Part shown: piece by piece, positions 1-7,750 of the stretch
How the letters are laid out: each line of letters starts with the position of its first letter
Numbering within the stretch: the first letter of the stretch is position 1
Assembly (NCBI GenBank): GCA_046758745.1
Contig: JBHIAV010000054.1
Coordinates: forward strand, 1-16,226
Length of the DNA: 16,226 bases
Origin: Gemmatimonadota bacterium
GTDB lineage: Bacteria > Gemmatimonadota > Gemmatimonadetes > Palauibacterales > Palauibacteraceae
Reading direction: 5' to 3'
Position numbers and translations under genes: made by a program
The notes under the pieces: model-generated
What the model saw: the letters and a program-made list of their open reading frames with translations, nothing else
Told to the model about the DNA's origin: nothing
Databases searched by the model: none

Positions 1-163
1 GGCGAGGGAGCTGCCTATGGGTTCGTTAGTGCCCCCTACGCCGATTCTCTGGTAGTGTCAAGCAGAGCTCTCGGGAACGCAATAGATCCGACCTCGCCTA
101 TACTGGCGCGGGTCGAGTCCCCCCTGGGCGCGGGCGCCGCCGCATTTGGACGGTCATGAGAAG

Positions 164-694
164 ATGAGAGACCGGTTGGCTCTGCCGGGTATCGGGCTTG
201 TGTCTGTTCTTGTGGTTCTGGGGGTGGCGTTCATTCTCTCGGGCCGACAGACGCCGATCCCCGGTGACGACGGGCTGCGGGCGCTGCCCGCCGTGAACGC
301 CTTCCTCAACGCCGCCAGCGCTGTTCTCCTCTCGGTCGGCTATCTCTTCATCCGGCGGAAGAACGTGACCGCACACAGGATCTGCATGGTCTCGGCCTTC
401 GCCGTCTCCTGCCTCTTCCTAGTCTCCTACCTGATCCACCACTACCGGGTGGGATCGATCGCATTTCCCGGGCTGGGCTGGATCCGCCCGGTCTATTTCA
501 CGCTCCTCGTCTCCCACATCTGCCTGGCCGCGCTCATCGTCCCGCTGGCCCTGACCACGATCTACCGCGCCCTGAGCGCACAGCTCGACAGGCACGTGAG
601 AATCGCGCGTTGGACCCTCCCGATCTGGCTGTATGTCTGCTTGAGCGGCGTCCTCGTGTACGTGATGCTCTACCGGCTTTACCCGCCGCCCTGA
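164..694 (+). CDS. DUF420 (YozB-like) integral membrane protein
   Basis: Hydrophobic ORF with DUF420-type motifs LPAVNAFLN, H+xxM (AHRICM), FLVSYLxxH, SHIxLA and HxxIARWTLPIWLYVxxSGVLVY. ATG at 164 is preferred over the track's TTG at 146. Confidence 0.85.
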   Translation: MRDRLALPGIGLVSVLVVLGVAFILSGRQTPIPGDDGLRALPAVNAFLNAASAVLLSVGYLFIRRKNVTAHRICMVSAFAVSCLFLVSYLIHHYRVGSIAFPGLGWIRPVYFTLLVSHICLAALIVPLALTTIYRALSAQLDRHVRIARWTLPIWLYVCLSGVLVYVMLYRLYPPP

Positions 695-794
695 GCGGGC
701 GAGGCCTCCGACTGCCCATTCCCCATGGGCACGAGCTTGTGGAACCGATCCGGGCCGCCCGCGGACCGGACCCGGCTCCCGCGATCCCGACCGA

Positions 795-1325
795 CTAACC
801 GAGATCGGGCTCCACTTGTAGGGCGTCGTTGAATCGGTTCGTGAAGTTGGCCACGCAAATAACCAGGGTCAGCTCCACGATCTGATCCTCGCTGTAGTGC
901 TTCCGGAGCTCCTCGAGCGTCCCGGAGCGAATTCCCGCGGCACCGCGGGTCGCCCGCTCCGCGTACAGCAGGGTCGCCTTCTCTTTGTCGTCGAACAGAT
1001 CGCTCCTCTGGTAGAACTGGAGCGCCCCGATCTGCTCCTCGGTCAGGCCCATCCGCTTCGCCGAAGCGGTGTGAGCGCGTGTTCAATACTCGCACCCGTT
1101 CAGCAGGGCCGTCTTCAGGTATGCCAGCTCCTTGTACTTCGACTCGACGGTCCCCTCGTTCAGAATCGAGCCGTACAGCGGCAGGAAGCTCTTCAGGACC
1201 GCAGGGCGGTGGGCCATCACGCCGAAGAAGTTGGGCATCCGCCCGAATTTCTCCGTCAGAGCCCCGTAGATCCCCTTGAGATCCGCCGGGGCCCTTTCGC
1301 TCGAAACCGGATCGATCGGTGGCAT
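795..1325 (-). CDS. AhpD-like / carboxymuconolactone decarboxylase family peroxidase-related protein, putative selenoprotein (UGA=Sec at codon 81, 176 aa)
   Basis: ATG at 1325 follows a GAGGAG RBS. The frame reads MPPIDPV...KELAYLKTALLNGCEY-TGA(1083-1085)-TRAHTASAKRMGLTEEQI...ANFTNRFNDAL and is continuous with the 795..1052 ORF. The TGA occupies the second Cys of CxxCxxxH, and a SECIS-like hairpin follows. Confidence 0.88.
1047..1076 (-). promoter_or_regulatory. Putative bacterial SECIS element (in-coding hairpin 3' of UGA)
   Basis: The mRNA after UGA is ACACGC GCUCA CA CCGCUUC GGC GAAGCGG A UGGGC. It forms a 7-bp upper stem CCGCUUC/GAAGCGG, a G-initial apical loop beginning after 20 nt, and a lower stem GCUCA/UGGGC. 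Confidence 0.75.
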
Positions 1326-1540
1326 GTCTGCTCCTCGATTCTGGTCCTGGGGCTCAGCCGCAGGAGTTTGGCGTGCATGGGGCTTCTCTGGACGTGCGTA
1401 GATGCTACCACCGCCGCGGACGGGTGGCGCGCGCTTCCACCCGCGGCTCCGGCCGGGAACGCGGGCCACTCCCGCCGGGACGACCGGGCGCCCCGGACGG
1501 GCTCGTACCGAGGTAGAATTGTGGCCGGGGAGGCCGAGCG

Positions 1541-1945
1541 GTGACCGTACGACTCACGCGCCTCGATCACGTGGCGATCTATGTCTCCGATCTCGCGATG
1601 GCGGAAAGATTCTACACAGGGCTGCTCGGGATGCGGCTCGTCGATCGGCTGGGCGACATGACGTTGGTGGAGTGCGGCGGGACGAACGTCGGCCTCATCA
1701 GGCGGCCCGAGCTGGCTCCGCGCGACCCGAGCATCATCCACAATCCCCTGGCCCGGGCACATCATGCCTTTCTCGTCGAGCCGGAGAGATTCTCGGAAGC
1801 CCGAACAGCGCTCGAGACGGCCGGCGTCCGCATCCACGGGCCCGTGGCCTGGGGGGACCACGACTGCTTTTACTTTCTCGATCCGGACTGCAACCTTCTC
1901 GAGATCGTGACTCCACCCGGGCGCCCGGCGTTAGGCAGGTCCTGA
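1541..1945 (+). CDS. VOC / glyoxalase-bleomycin resistance family protein
   Basis: Motifs LDHVAIYVSDLxxAERFY, HHAFLV and FYFLDPDxNLLEI, including the metal-ligand His/His/Glu. GTG start after GGGAGG, with a TAGAAT -10-like hexamer at about 1514-1519. Confidence 0.9.
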   Translation: MTVRLTRLDHVAIYVSDLAMAERFYTGLLGMRLVDRLGDMTLVECGGTNVGLIRRPELAPRDPSIIHNPLARAHHAFLVEPERFSEARTALETAGVRIHGPVAWGDHDCFYFLDPDCNLLEIVTPPGRPALGRS

Positions 1946-1979
1946 GCGCCTGGAAAATGCCCTACTTCAGTGCGGACGC

Positions 1980-2008
1980 GGACTTGTCAAGTCCATTGAA
2001 TTCAATGG
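1980..2008. repeat. Two overlapping palindromes
   Basis: GGACTTG-T-CAAGTCC (1980-1994) and the perfect 16-bp palindrome CCATTGAATTCAATGG (1993-2008). Confidence 0.8.
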
Positions 2009-2155
2009 GTTCGTTCAAGATCCAGCCTCCGTGGCCTAGGGCGGACCGGCCTCAGGACGCAAGGGCTGGATTTCGGGGCGTCTAGGACGGCTGGAGGCGT
2101 TCGATCACCACGGTTGTAGGGCAGTTTCTAACAATTCTGAACCGGCGTTGCCGGT

Positions 2156-2210
2156 ATACATATGTATCATTATACATTTACATTGACGTTCTATAAGAAA
2201 TGCATATGTT
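2156..2210 (+). promoter_or_regulatory. AT-rich sigma70-type promoter with upstream palindrome
   Basis: TTGACG (2183-2188), 16-bp spacer, TATGTT (2205-2210). A 12-bp palindrome ATACATATGTAT lies at 2156-2167. The region is an AT-rich island in GC-rich DNA. Confidence 0.5.
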
Positions 2211-2256
2211 AACACTGGAGACGGATCGGGAGATGTCAGGCCAGACAGGGAGATCC

Positions 2257-2700
2257 ATGGCGAACAGCGCCGCCGGAACCGACCTCGGAGGGACGGCGGA
2301 AGGCTTCTCCCGCGGCATGCGCTCCGCCTGTCAGCCTGAGAGGCGTTCAGTTCTACTGATCGATGATGACCCCTCCGTGCGCACGTTCTTCCGGATGTCC
2401 CTGCCGCTGTTCGGTTATCAAGTGGATACAGTCCGTAGCTGTCGGGACGCCAGGAAGAAGCTCGCGTCCCGGCACTACTCGACCATTCTCCTGGATCTGG
2501 TGCTGCCCGACAGCAGCGGGATCTTTTTCTACTACCGGCTCAAGGCGCGGCGGCCGGAGCTCGCCGCCAAGGTGATCTTTCTGACCGGGGCCATCGAGCG
2601 GTTCCCGCGGCTTGGGGCGCTGCGCGCGGAAGGACGCCCGGTGTTGCTCAAGCCCACGCGGATCCGGGAAGTGCTCAACGCCATCCGGGCCATCGAATAA
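2257..2700 (+). CDS. Stand-alone response regulator receiver (CheY-like) protein
   Basis: VLLIDDD, ILLDLVLP (phospho-Asp), IFLTG and LLKP motifs, with no output domain. The start is uncertain (2233 or 2257); 2257 follows AGGGAG. Confidence 0.85.
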   Translation: MANSAAGTDLGGTAEGFSRGMRSACQPERRSVLLIDDDPSVRTFFRMSLPLFGYQVDTVRSCRDARKKLASRHYSTILLDLVLPDSSGIFFYYRLKARRPELAAKVIFLTGAIERFPRLGALRAEGRPVLLKPTRIREVLNAIRAIE

Positions 2701-2831
2701 TGCGAAGGGACAGCCTCGAGCACCGGCTACCTCCGCGGTCCGATCCGGCCGGGCAGGTCGCGTATCAGAACTCTTCACTCGTATCTCGAATCAGGCGGGC
2801 TTGATCGCCCGGCAGCATCAAGGAGACGACC

Positions 2832-3278
2832 ATGGAGGCGGTTTCGATTCACAGGGAGCTTGAGCGGAAGGATGCATCCTCGGAGCCATCAGCTCCCCCG
2901 GCCCGACCGAGCAAGCGAGGAAGAAGGGTGCTTCTCGTCGACGACGATGATGGCGTCCGCGAATTCCTCGCCACGGTTCTGACACGAAAGGGACACGCCG
3001 TGGACGCGGTCCCGACCTGCCTCGACGCCCTGTTCCACTTCATCCGCATCCCCTATGACTGCCTGATCCTCGACCTGTGTCTTCCGGAAGGGAACGGCCT
3101 GCACGTGTACCATCAAGCAAGACGCATCGATCCGTATCTTGCCGAGCGGGTCGTGTTCATCACCGGCTACGATGAATCTCACCCTCTCTACCAGCAGGCC
3201 AGGGAGTTGTCCCTCCCGGTCCTTTCCAAGCCGCTCTCGATCCCGCGCCTGATTGAGATCCTCAATGGGTACTCGTGA
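2832..3278 (+). CDS. Stand-alone response regulator receiver (CheY-like) protein
   Basis: VLLVDDD, LILDLCLP, VFITG and LSKP motifs. AAGGAG RBS before ATG 2832. Confidence 0.88.
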   Translation: MEAVSIHRELERKDASSEPSAPPARPSKRGRRVLLVDDDDGVREFLATVLTRKGHAVDAVPTCLDALFHFIRIPYDCLILDLCLPEGNGLHVYHQARRIDPYLAERVVFITGYDESHPLYQQARELSLPVLSKPLSIPRLIEILNGYS

Positions 3279-3404
3279 AGCCTGCACCTCCCGAGTGTCC
3301 TGAGGCACCGCCCGACCCACCGACCCCCGGTCCCCGTGCGTCCACGCAGCTGCAAACGCGAGGTCCGGACGGGACGGGCCTTTCGCAAGTGACGACGACA
3401 CCCC

Positions 3405-3815
3405 TTACGGCTGCGTCCATCCCAGGACCTGACCTGACTCGTCGAAGCTGACCCACCCGCCCGCGGCATCAGGGTAATACCAGATCTCGATGGACGTGGA
3501 CCGGCTCGTCTTCACGGGCTCGCCCAAGATGTGGATGACATCATCCTTGGTCATGCCCTTGCTCAAGGAGCGCCAGCTCCTCTCGTCTCGCCAGCGCGCC
3601 GGGCCGGCTGCCTCCGCGGAGGGCGCGCCGACCGACAACCTTTCCTCGAGGTGCGCCACACGAAGCCGGAGCTTTTCCACCTCCTTCTCGAGCTTTCCGA
3701 CCCTCTCGGAGAGGGTCTCCCCCGCACCCTCCTGACTCCAATTGGTTGCCGCCCCGAGACCGACCAGGAATGCGACGAGCAGTAGGCTGGACCCGACAAT
3801 TCTTCTTGGCTTCAT
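3405..3815 (-). CDS. Secreted protein with coiled coil and C-terminal BamE/SmpA-like domain
   Basis: ATG 3815 follows GGGAGA. Signal peptide MKPRRIVGSSLLLVAFLVGLGAA, heptad segment LSERVGKLEKEVEKLRLRVAHLEERL, and a SmpA-like LSKGMTKDDVIHILGEP...EIWYY motif. Confidence 0.7.
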   Translation of the reverse strand: MKPRRIVGSSLLLVAFLVGLGAATNWSQEGAGETLSERVGKLEKEVEKLRLRVAHLEERLSVGAPSAEAAGPARWRDERSWRSLSKGMTKDDVIHILGEPVKTSRSTSIEIWYYPDAAGGWVSFDESGQVLGWTQP

Positions 3816-4054
3816 TCTCGTCTCCCATCTTGAGGAGTCCCACACCGGCGCTGAGCGCTTGCAGGATCGGAGGGCCCTCATGTCTCTATTATCCATGCGC
3901 GGGAGCCGAACGGCGCGACGAAAGCTGACTGCCGAAATTTGCGGCGTCCTTCGCGACCCGGGCGGGGCTCGAGATCCCGCGGGGGCGCCCGTCTCCTGCG
4001 TCGTGGAGCGGCCGCAAAGGCCGAGACACGCATGATTCATGTAGGATACACGGC

Positions 4055-5788
4055 ATGGGCCCACTCGACACGGTGATGCGGTATCACCTCGAGAGCAAGC
4101 ACCACTTGAGTCGGTATGCGCGCTCCCCCGGCCGCCTGGACTGGGCGAACCAGCCGAACCCGTTCCGCCGCTTCGACGGCGCGCCGCTCATTCGATTGCC
4201 GATCCTCGGCCCGGAGGAGGAGCCGCTCTCGCCCCTATACGACGATCTGTACCGGCCCTTCGCAGCGCCGAGCGCGTCCGTCTCCATCCGCAGCCTATCG
4301 AGATTGCTCGAGTATGCCCTTGCCCTCTCCGCGTGGAAGCAACTCGGCCACGCGCGTTGGGCCCTTCGCAGCAATCCCTCCAGCGGCAACCTGCATCCCA
4401 CCGAGGGCTACCTGTTGATCGGAGGGCTTAACGATACCGCGCTGACCGCCGGCCTCTACCATTACGCCCCGAAGGAGCACGGGCTCGAACGGCGCGCGGA
4501 GATCTCCGACGAGGTGCTCTCGGCACTCATGAAGGAGTTTCCCCCGGGATCCTTCTTGATGGGCCTTTCCTCCGTTCACTGGCGGGAGGCGTGGAAATAC
4601 GGCGAGCGCGCGTTTCGCTATTGCCAGCATGACGCGGGGCACGCGATTGCGGCGATCCGGATCGCGGCCGCGGCGTTGGGATGGAATGCCGTGATCCTCC
4701 ACGGCCTGGCGGATCGCACCATCGAGGCGCTGCTAGGGCTCGATCGGGCCGATGATTTCGAGGGCTCCGAGGGCGAAGATCCGGAGTTGGTGATGGTCGT
4801 CTGGCCGGCCGATGCTGGAGCTTGCGGACCGGACGGCCCGGGACGGCGACTTCCGCTCCACCTTGATCTCGATGCAGTTCGCGAGCTCACGAGACAACAC
4901 TGGTGCGGGAGGGCAAACCGGCTGAGCGCGGATGATCCGGTCTCCTGGGAGATCATCGATCATGTGGCGGCGGCGTCGCGGAAGCCGAGCGGCGAACGAA
5001 TGACCCTCGAGCTCGTCCGTCCGGCGAAGCCGCGGGGCGGGGCCGGGGGGACCTGCAGCGGGCCCTCCGCCGGGCGGATCATCCGGCAACGCCGAAGCCT
5101 CCTGGGCTGCGACGCCGAGACGGCGATTTCGGCGCAGAGTTTCTACCGCATGCTCTCCCGGGCGATGCCGCGCCTCGAACGCGATGTGAGCCGGCGTCCC
5201 ATGCCATGGGACGCGATCCCCTGGGACCCAGCGATCCATCTGGCCCTGTTCGTGCACAGGGTCGTTGACATCCCACCCGGGCTGTACATGCTGCCCCGCA
5301 ACTCCGGCAAGGTGGAGGCGCTGCGAGGCGCCATGCGGGCGGAATTCTCCTGGGAGACCCCGCCGCGTTGCCCTCCCGATCTCCCCCTCCGCCTGCTCGC
5401 GGAGGGGGACGCGAGGGACATCGCCACGACGGTCAGCTGTCACCAGGGGATCGCGGGAGACGGCGCGTTCGCCGTCGGCATGATCGCCGAGTTCGAGCCG
5501 ACCTTGCGACGGCGAGGCCCGTGGTTCTATCGGCGATTGTTCTGGGAGACGGGGGCAATCGGGCAGGTCCTCTATCTAGAGGCGGAAGCGGCCGGCGTCC
5601 GGGCGACGGGCGTCGGCTGCTTTTTCGATGATCTGGTCCACGAGGTCTTCGGTTTCCAGGATACCGCGTTCCAGTCGCTCTATCACTTCACGATCGGCGG
5701 GCCCGTGGACGACCCCCGCCTCACGACGCTGCCTCCGTACGGCCCCCACGTCGATGCGGGACCACCTGACCGGACCGGGGGATCGTAG
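4055..5788 (+). CDS. SagB/ThcOx-family FMN-dependent dehydrogenase (tandem nitroreductase domains)
   Basis: YHxxSKH, LDWANQPNPFR, LRSNPSSGNLHPTEGY, WREAWKYGERAFRYCQHDAGH; second domain IRQRRS, SCHQxIAGDG, ETGAIGQVLYLEAEA, TGVGCFFDD. Confidence 0.9.
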   Translation: MGPLDTVMRYHLESKHHLSRYARSPGRLDWANQPNPFRRFDGAPLIRLPILGPEEEPLSPLYDDLYRPFAAPSASVSIRSLSRLLEYALALSAWKQLGHARWALRSNPSSGNLHPTEGYLLIGGLNDTALTAGLYHYAPKEHGLERRAEISDEVLSALMKEFPPGSFLMGLSSVHWREAWKYGERAFRYCQHDAGHAIAAIRIAAAALGWNAVILHGLADRTIEALLGLDRADDFEGSEGEDPELVMVVWPADAGACGPDGPGRRLPLHLDLDAVRELTRQHWCGRANRLSADDPVSWEIIDHVAAASRKPSGERMTLELVRPAKPRGGAGGTCSGPSAGRIIRQRRSLLGCDAETAISAQSFYRMLSRAMPRLERDVSRRPMPWDAIPWDPAIHLALFVHRVVDIPPGLYMLPRNSGKVEALRGAMRAEFSWETPPRCPPDLPLRLLAEGDARDIATTVSCHQGIAGDGAFAVGMIAEFEPTLRRRGPWFYRRLFWETGAIGQVLYLEAEAAGVRATGVGCFFDDLVHEVFGFQDTAFQSLYHFTIGGPVDDPRLTTLPPYGPHVDAGPPDRTGGS

Positions 5789-5796
5789 CGGGTCCG

Positions 5797-6054
5797 TCAT
5801 CCTCCCCGTTGAAGCTCCTTCCTGACCTCACCGGAGATGGCGGGATCGCGATCGACGTACCGCTTGATTCGCTCGAGCGCGTCGAACCTGGTCATCTGCA
5901 CGACACGCTCAATCGCCGCGTGGCCGCGCCACTCGCAGTGGTCGACATGGTGTTCCCGACTGACGCTGCAGTTGCGACACTGCGTGGCGCCCCATGGCGC
6001 GAGCCAACACGGGCACGCCTCGTGGGCCGTCGCCACATCTTCCTCAAGGCTCAT
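5797..6054 (-). CDS. Small Cys/His-rich hypothetical protein (85 aa), possible metal-binding
   Basis: ATG follows GGAGGGAAG. The protein contains H-x2-CPC, CRNC and HHVDHC. It is co-directional with and about 37 bp downstream of the nfuA-like remnant. Confidence 0.55.
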   Translation of the reverse strand: MSLEEDVATAHEACPCWLAPWGATQCRNCSVSREHHVDHCEWRGHAAIERVVQMTRFDALERIKRYVDRDPAISGEVRKELQRGG

Positions 6055-6091
6055 CGAGACGCTTCCCTCCGCCGCCCACGGGATCGCCCAC

Positions 6092-6461
6092 CTACCGGCC
6101 CGGAGTGCAGAAGGGGCTCTTGCCGGCCGCGTGATCCGTGGCGTCGACCAGCGAGATCCTTCCGCCGTGACGCTCCACAGCCGGATCGACCTCGTCCTCC
6201 AGCAGGGATCGGACGTCTTCTCTGATCTCGGCCTCGCCTCGAGGGCCGTTGCGCCGGGCGGCGCGCTTGTCGAGGATGGCGGGAACCGGCGGCGTCGGTT
6301 GGGTGCGGATCGCGGCCCCGATCGGCCTCATGAGGTCGGACCACCCGGCGGACGCCGTCTTCCCCACGCTCACGACATCTCCCGCGACCAGTGTCGGGGT
6401 CGGCGGGAGAGGGCTGCGCCCTGATGGTGATCGCGCCCGCGACGCGAATCTTCTCAGTCAT
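6092..6461 (-). pseudogene. NfuA/NifU-like Fe-S carrier remnant with two internal deletions
   Basis: ATG 6461 overlaps the end of the mrp ORF. ITIRAQPSPADPDT jumps frame at about 6392 to LVAGDVVSVGKTASAGWSDLMRPIGAAIR (end of Nfu_N). It continues LLEDEVDPAVERHGGRISLVD, joined directly to the NfuA-like tail ATDHAAGKSPF. The CxxC-bearing core is absent. Confidence 0.75.
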
Positions 6462-7710
6462 CGTCCTTCGTGGCCCGTGTCGATCCGCGCTCGGCGAGGG
6501 AGCGAAGAAGCTCGAAGGAATAGAACCCCGTGCGATGGCCGTCGTTCCAGGCGATGTTGATCGCGTAGCTGCCGACGCTCGAGATGACCCGTGGTGCCAC
6601 GTCCCGGCGCACGGTCTTGGGATCGAGCCTCCTCCGACCGGTCGTCTCATCGACGCACGCGGCGCAGGGACAGGCGAGCCGGAGGTCTCGGACGTCGTGG
6701 TCTTGCCGCCGTCCATCCTGCCAGAGGATCGACAGCGTCCGCGGGTCACGCCGCCGAAGTCCAACCGGGACGATCGTTCCTCCCTCCGGGGCGGCCACCC
6801 TCTCGAGCCAGGACGGAGCCGTCTTGTCGTCACCCCAGCTCCAGACGAACGGCTCCAGAACGACCTCCGGCGTCGCGTCGAGGCTCCGCACCAGTTGCGT
6901 GGCGATGGCGCGGTAGGCGACGGCCGCCCGGGAATCCGGGCTGCCCGTAACGATCGGCCGACCCTCGTCTCCGCCCGTGACGATCTCCGGGTCGATCGGT
7001 ACGGCGCCGAGGAACGGAACGCCCAGTTCTTCGCTCATGCGACGGCCTCCACCCCGGCGGAAGATGTCCGTCGTCTCGCCGCAGTGCGAGCACAGGAAGC
7101 TGCTCATGTTCTCGATGATGCCGAGGATGGGGACCTGGACCTTCTCGAACATCCGGAGCCCTCGGCGGGCGATGCGGAGGCTGACGTCCTGCGGTGTCGT
7201 CACGATGATCGCGCCGGAGAGCGGCACTCCCTGGGAGAGCGTGAGCTGCGTATCGCCGGTCCCCGGCGGAAGATCGAGGATCAGGTGGTCCACTTTACCC
7301 CAGGCGACCCCGGTCACGAACGCCTGGAGATACTTCGAGACCATGGGCCCGCGGAGGATCGCCGGCTCGTCATCGCCGGTCAGGATGCCCATCGAGATCA
7401 CTTTCAGCCCCGAGCGTTCGAGGGGCACGATCCGTCCCTCCGCGGTCATCGTCGGTCGTGGGCCCCGCGGGATCCCGAGCATGACCGGTATGCTGGGCCC
7501 GAAGAGGTCCGCGTCGACGAGCCCCGTCGGCGTGCCCATCCGGCTCAGGGCGAGCGCGAGGTTGACGCTGACGGTCGATTTCCCCACACCCCCCTTTCCG
7601 CTTGCGACCGCGACGATGTGGCGGACCCCCGGCAGCTTCTCCCGTACGGGGGCACCTCCCGGGGGCCGGGTGGGCGACTGGTCGGGGCCTGGAGCGCGGT
7701 CGGTTGGCAC
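6454..7710 (-). CDS. mrp: Mrp/NBP35/ApbC Fe-S cluster carrier ATPase fused to C-terminal DUF971 (GBBH-like N-terminal) domain
   Basis: SGKGGVGKST deviant Walker A, DADLFGPS, LRGPM, DLPPGTGD, VTTPQ, ENMS and CSHC motifs. The C-terminus has LRLACPCAACVDETTG and VGSYAINIAWNDGHRTGFYSF. The start is placed at GTG 7710 because the track's TTG at 7746 coincides with the -35 box. Confidence 0.92.
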   Translation of the reverse strand: MPTDRAPGPDQSPTRPPGGAPVREKLPGVRHIVAVASGKGGVGKSTVSVNLALALSRMGTPTGLVDADLFGPSIPVMLGIPRGPRPTMTAEGRIVPLERSGLKVISMGILTGDDEPAILRGPMVSKYLQAFVTGVAWGKVDHLILDLPPGTGDTQLTLSQGVPLSGAIIVTTPQDVSLRIARRGLRMFEKVQVPILGIIENMSSFLCSHCGETTDIFRRGGGRRMSEELGVPFLGAVPIDPEIVTGGDEGRPIVTGSPDSRAAVAYRAIATQLVRSLDATPEVVLEPFVWSWGDDKTAPSWLERVAAPEGGTIVPVGLRRRDPRTLSILWQDGRRQDHDVRDLRLACPCAACVDETTGRRRLDPKTVRRDVAPRVISSVGSYAINIAWNDGHRTGFYSFELLRSLAERGSTRATKDDD

Positions 7711-7750
7711 AAGGTACAATGTATCAAAAGTGTACCATTTAGTCAATTAT
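7711..7750 (-). promoter_or_regulatory. Sigma70 promoter of the mrp operon (probably leaderless), with candidate operator
   Basis: TTGACT (7746-7741), 17-bp spacer, TG-n-TACATT (7723-7718), then 7 nt to GTG 7710, with no SD. An inverted repeat GGTACA-N12-TGTACC spans 7713-7736. Confidence 0.7.

Noticed and set aside
795-1052. Independent 85-aa gene starting MGLTEEQ
   Set aside because: It has no RBS, its ATG lies within the SECIS-like stem, and it is the in-frame C-terminal half of the AhpD-like protein.
1326-1469. N-terminal extension of the AhpD ORF given in the track
   Set aside because: The extension is low-complexity and not protein-like, and a clear GAGGAG RBS precedes ATG 1325.
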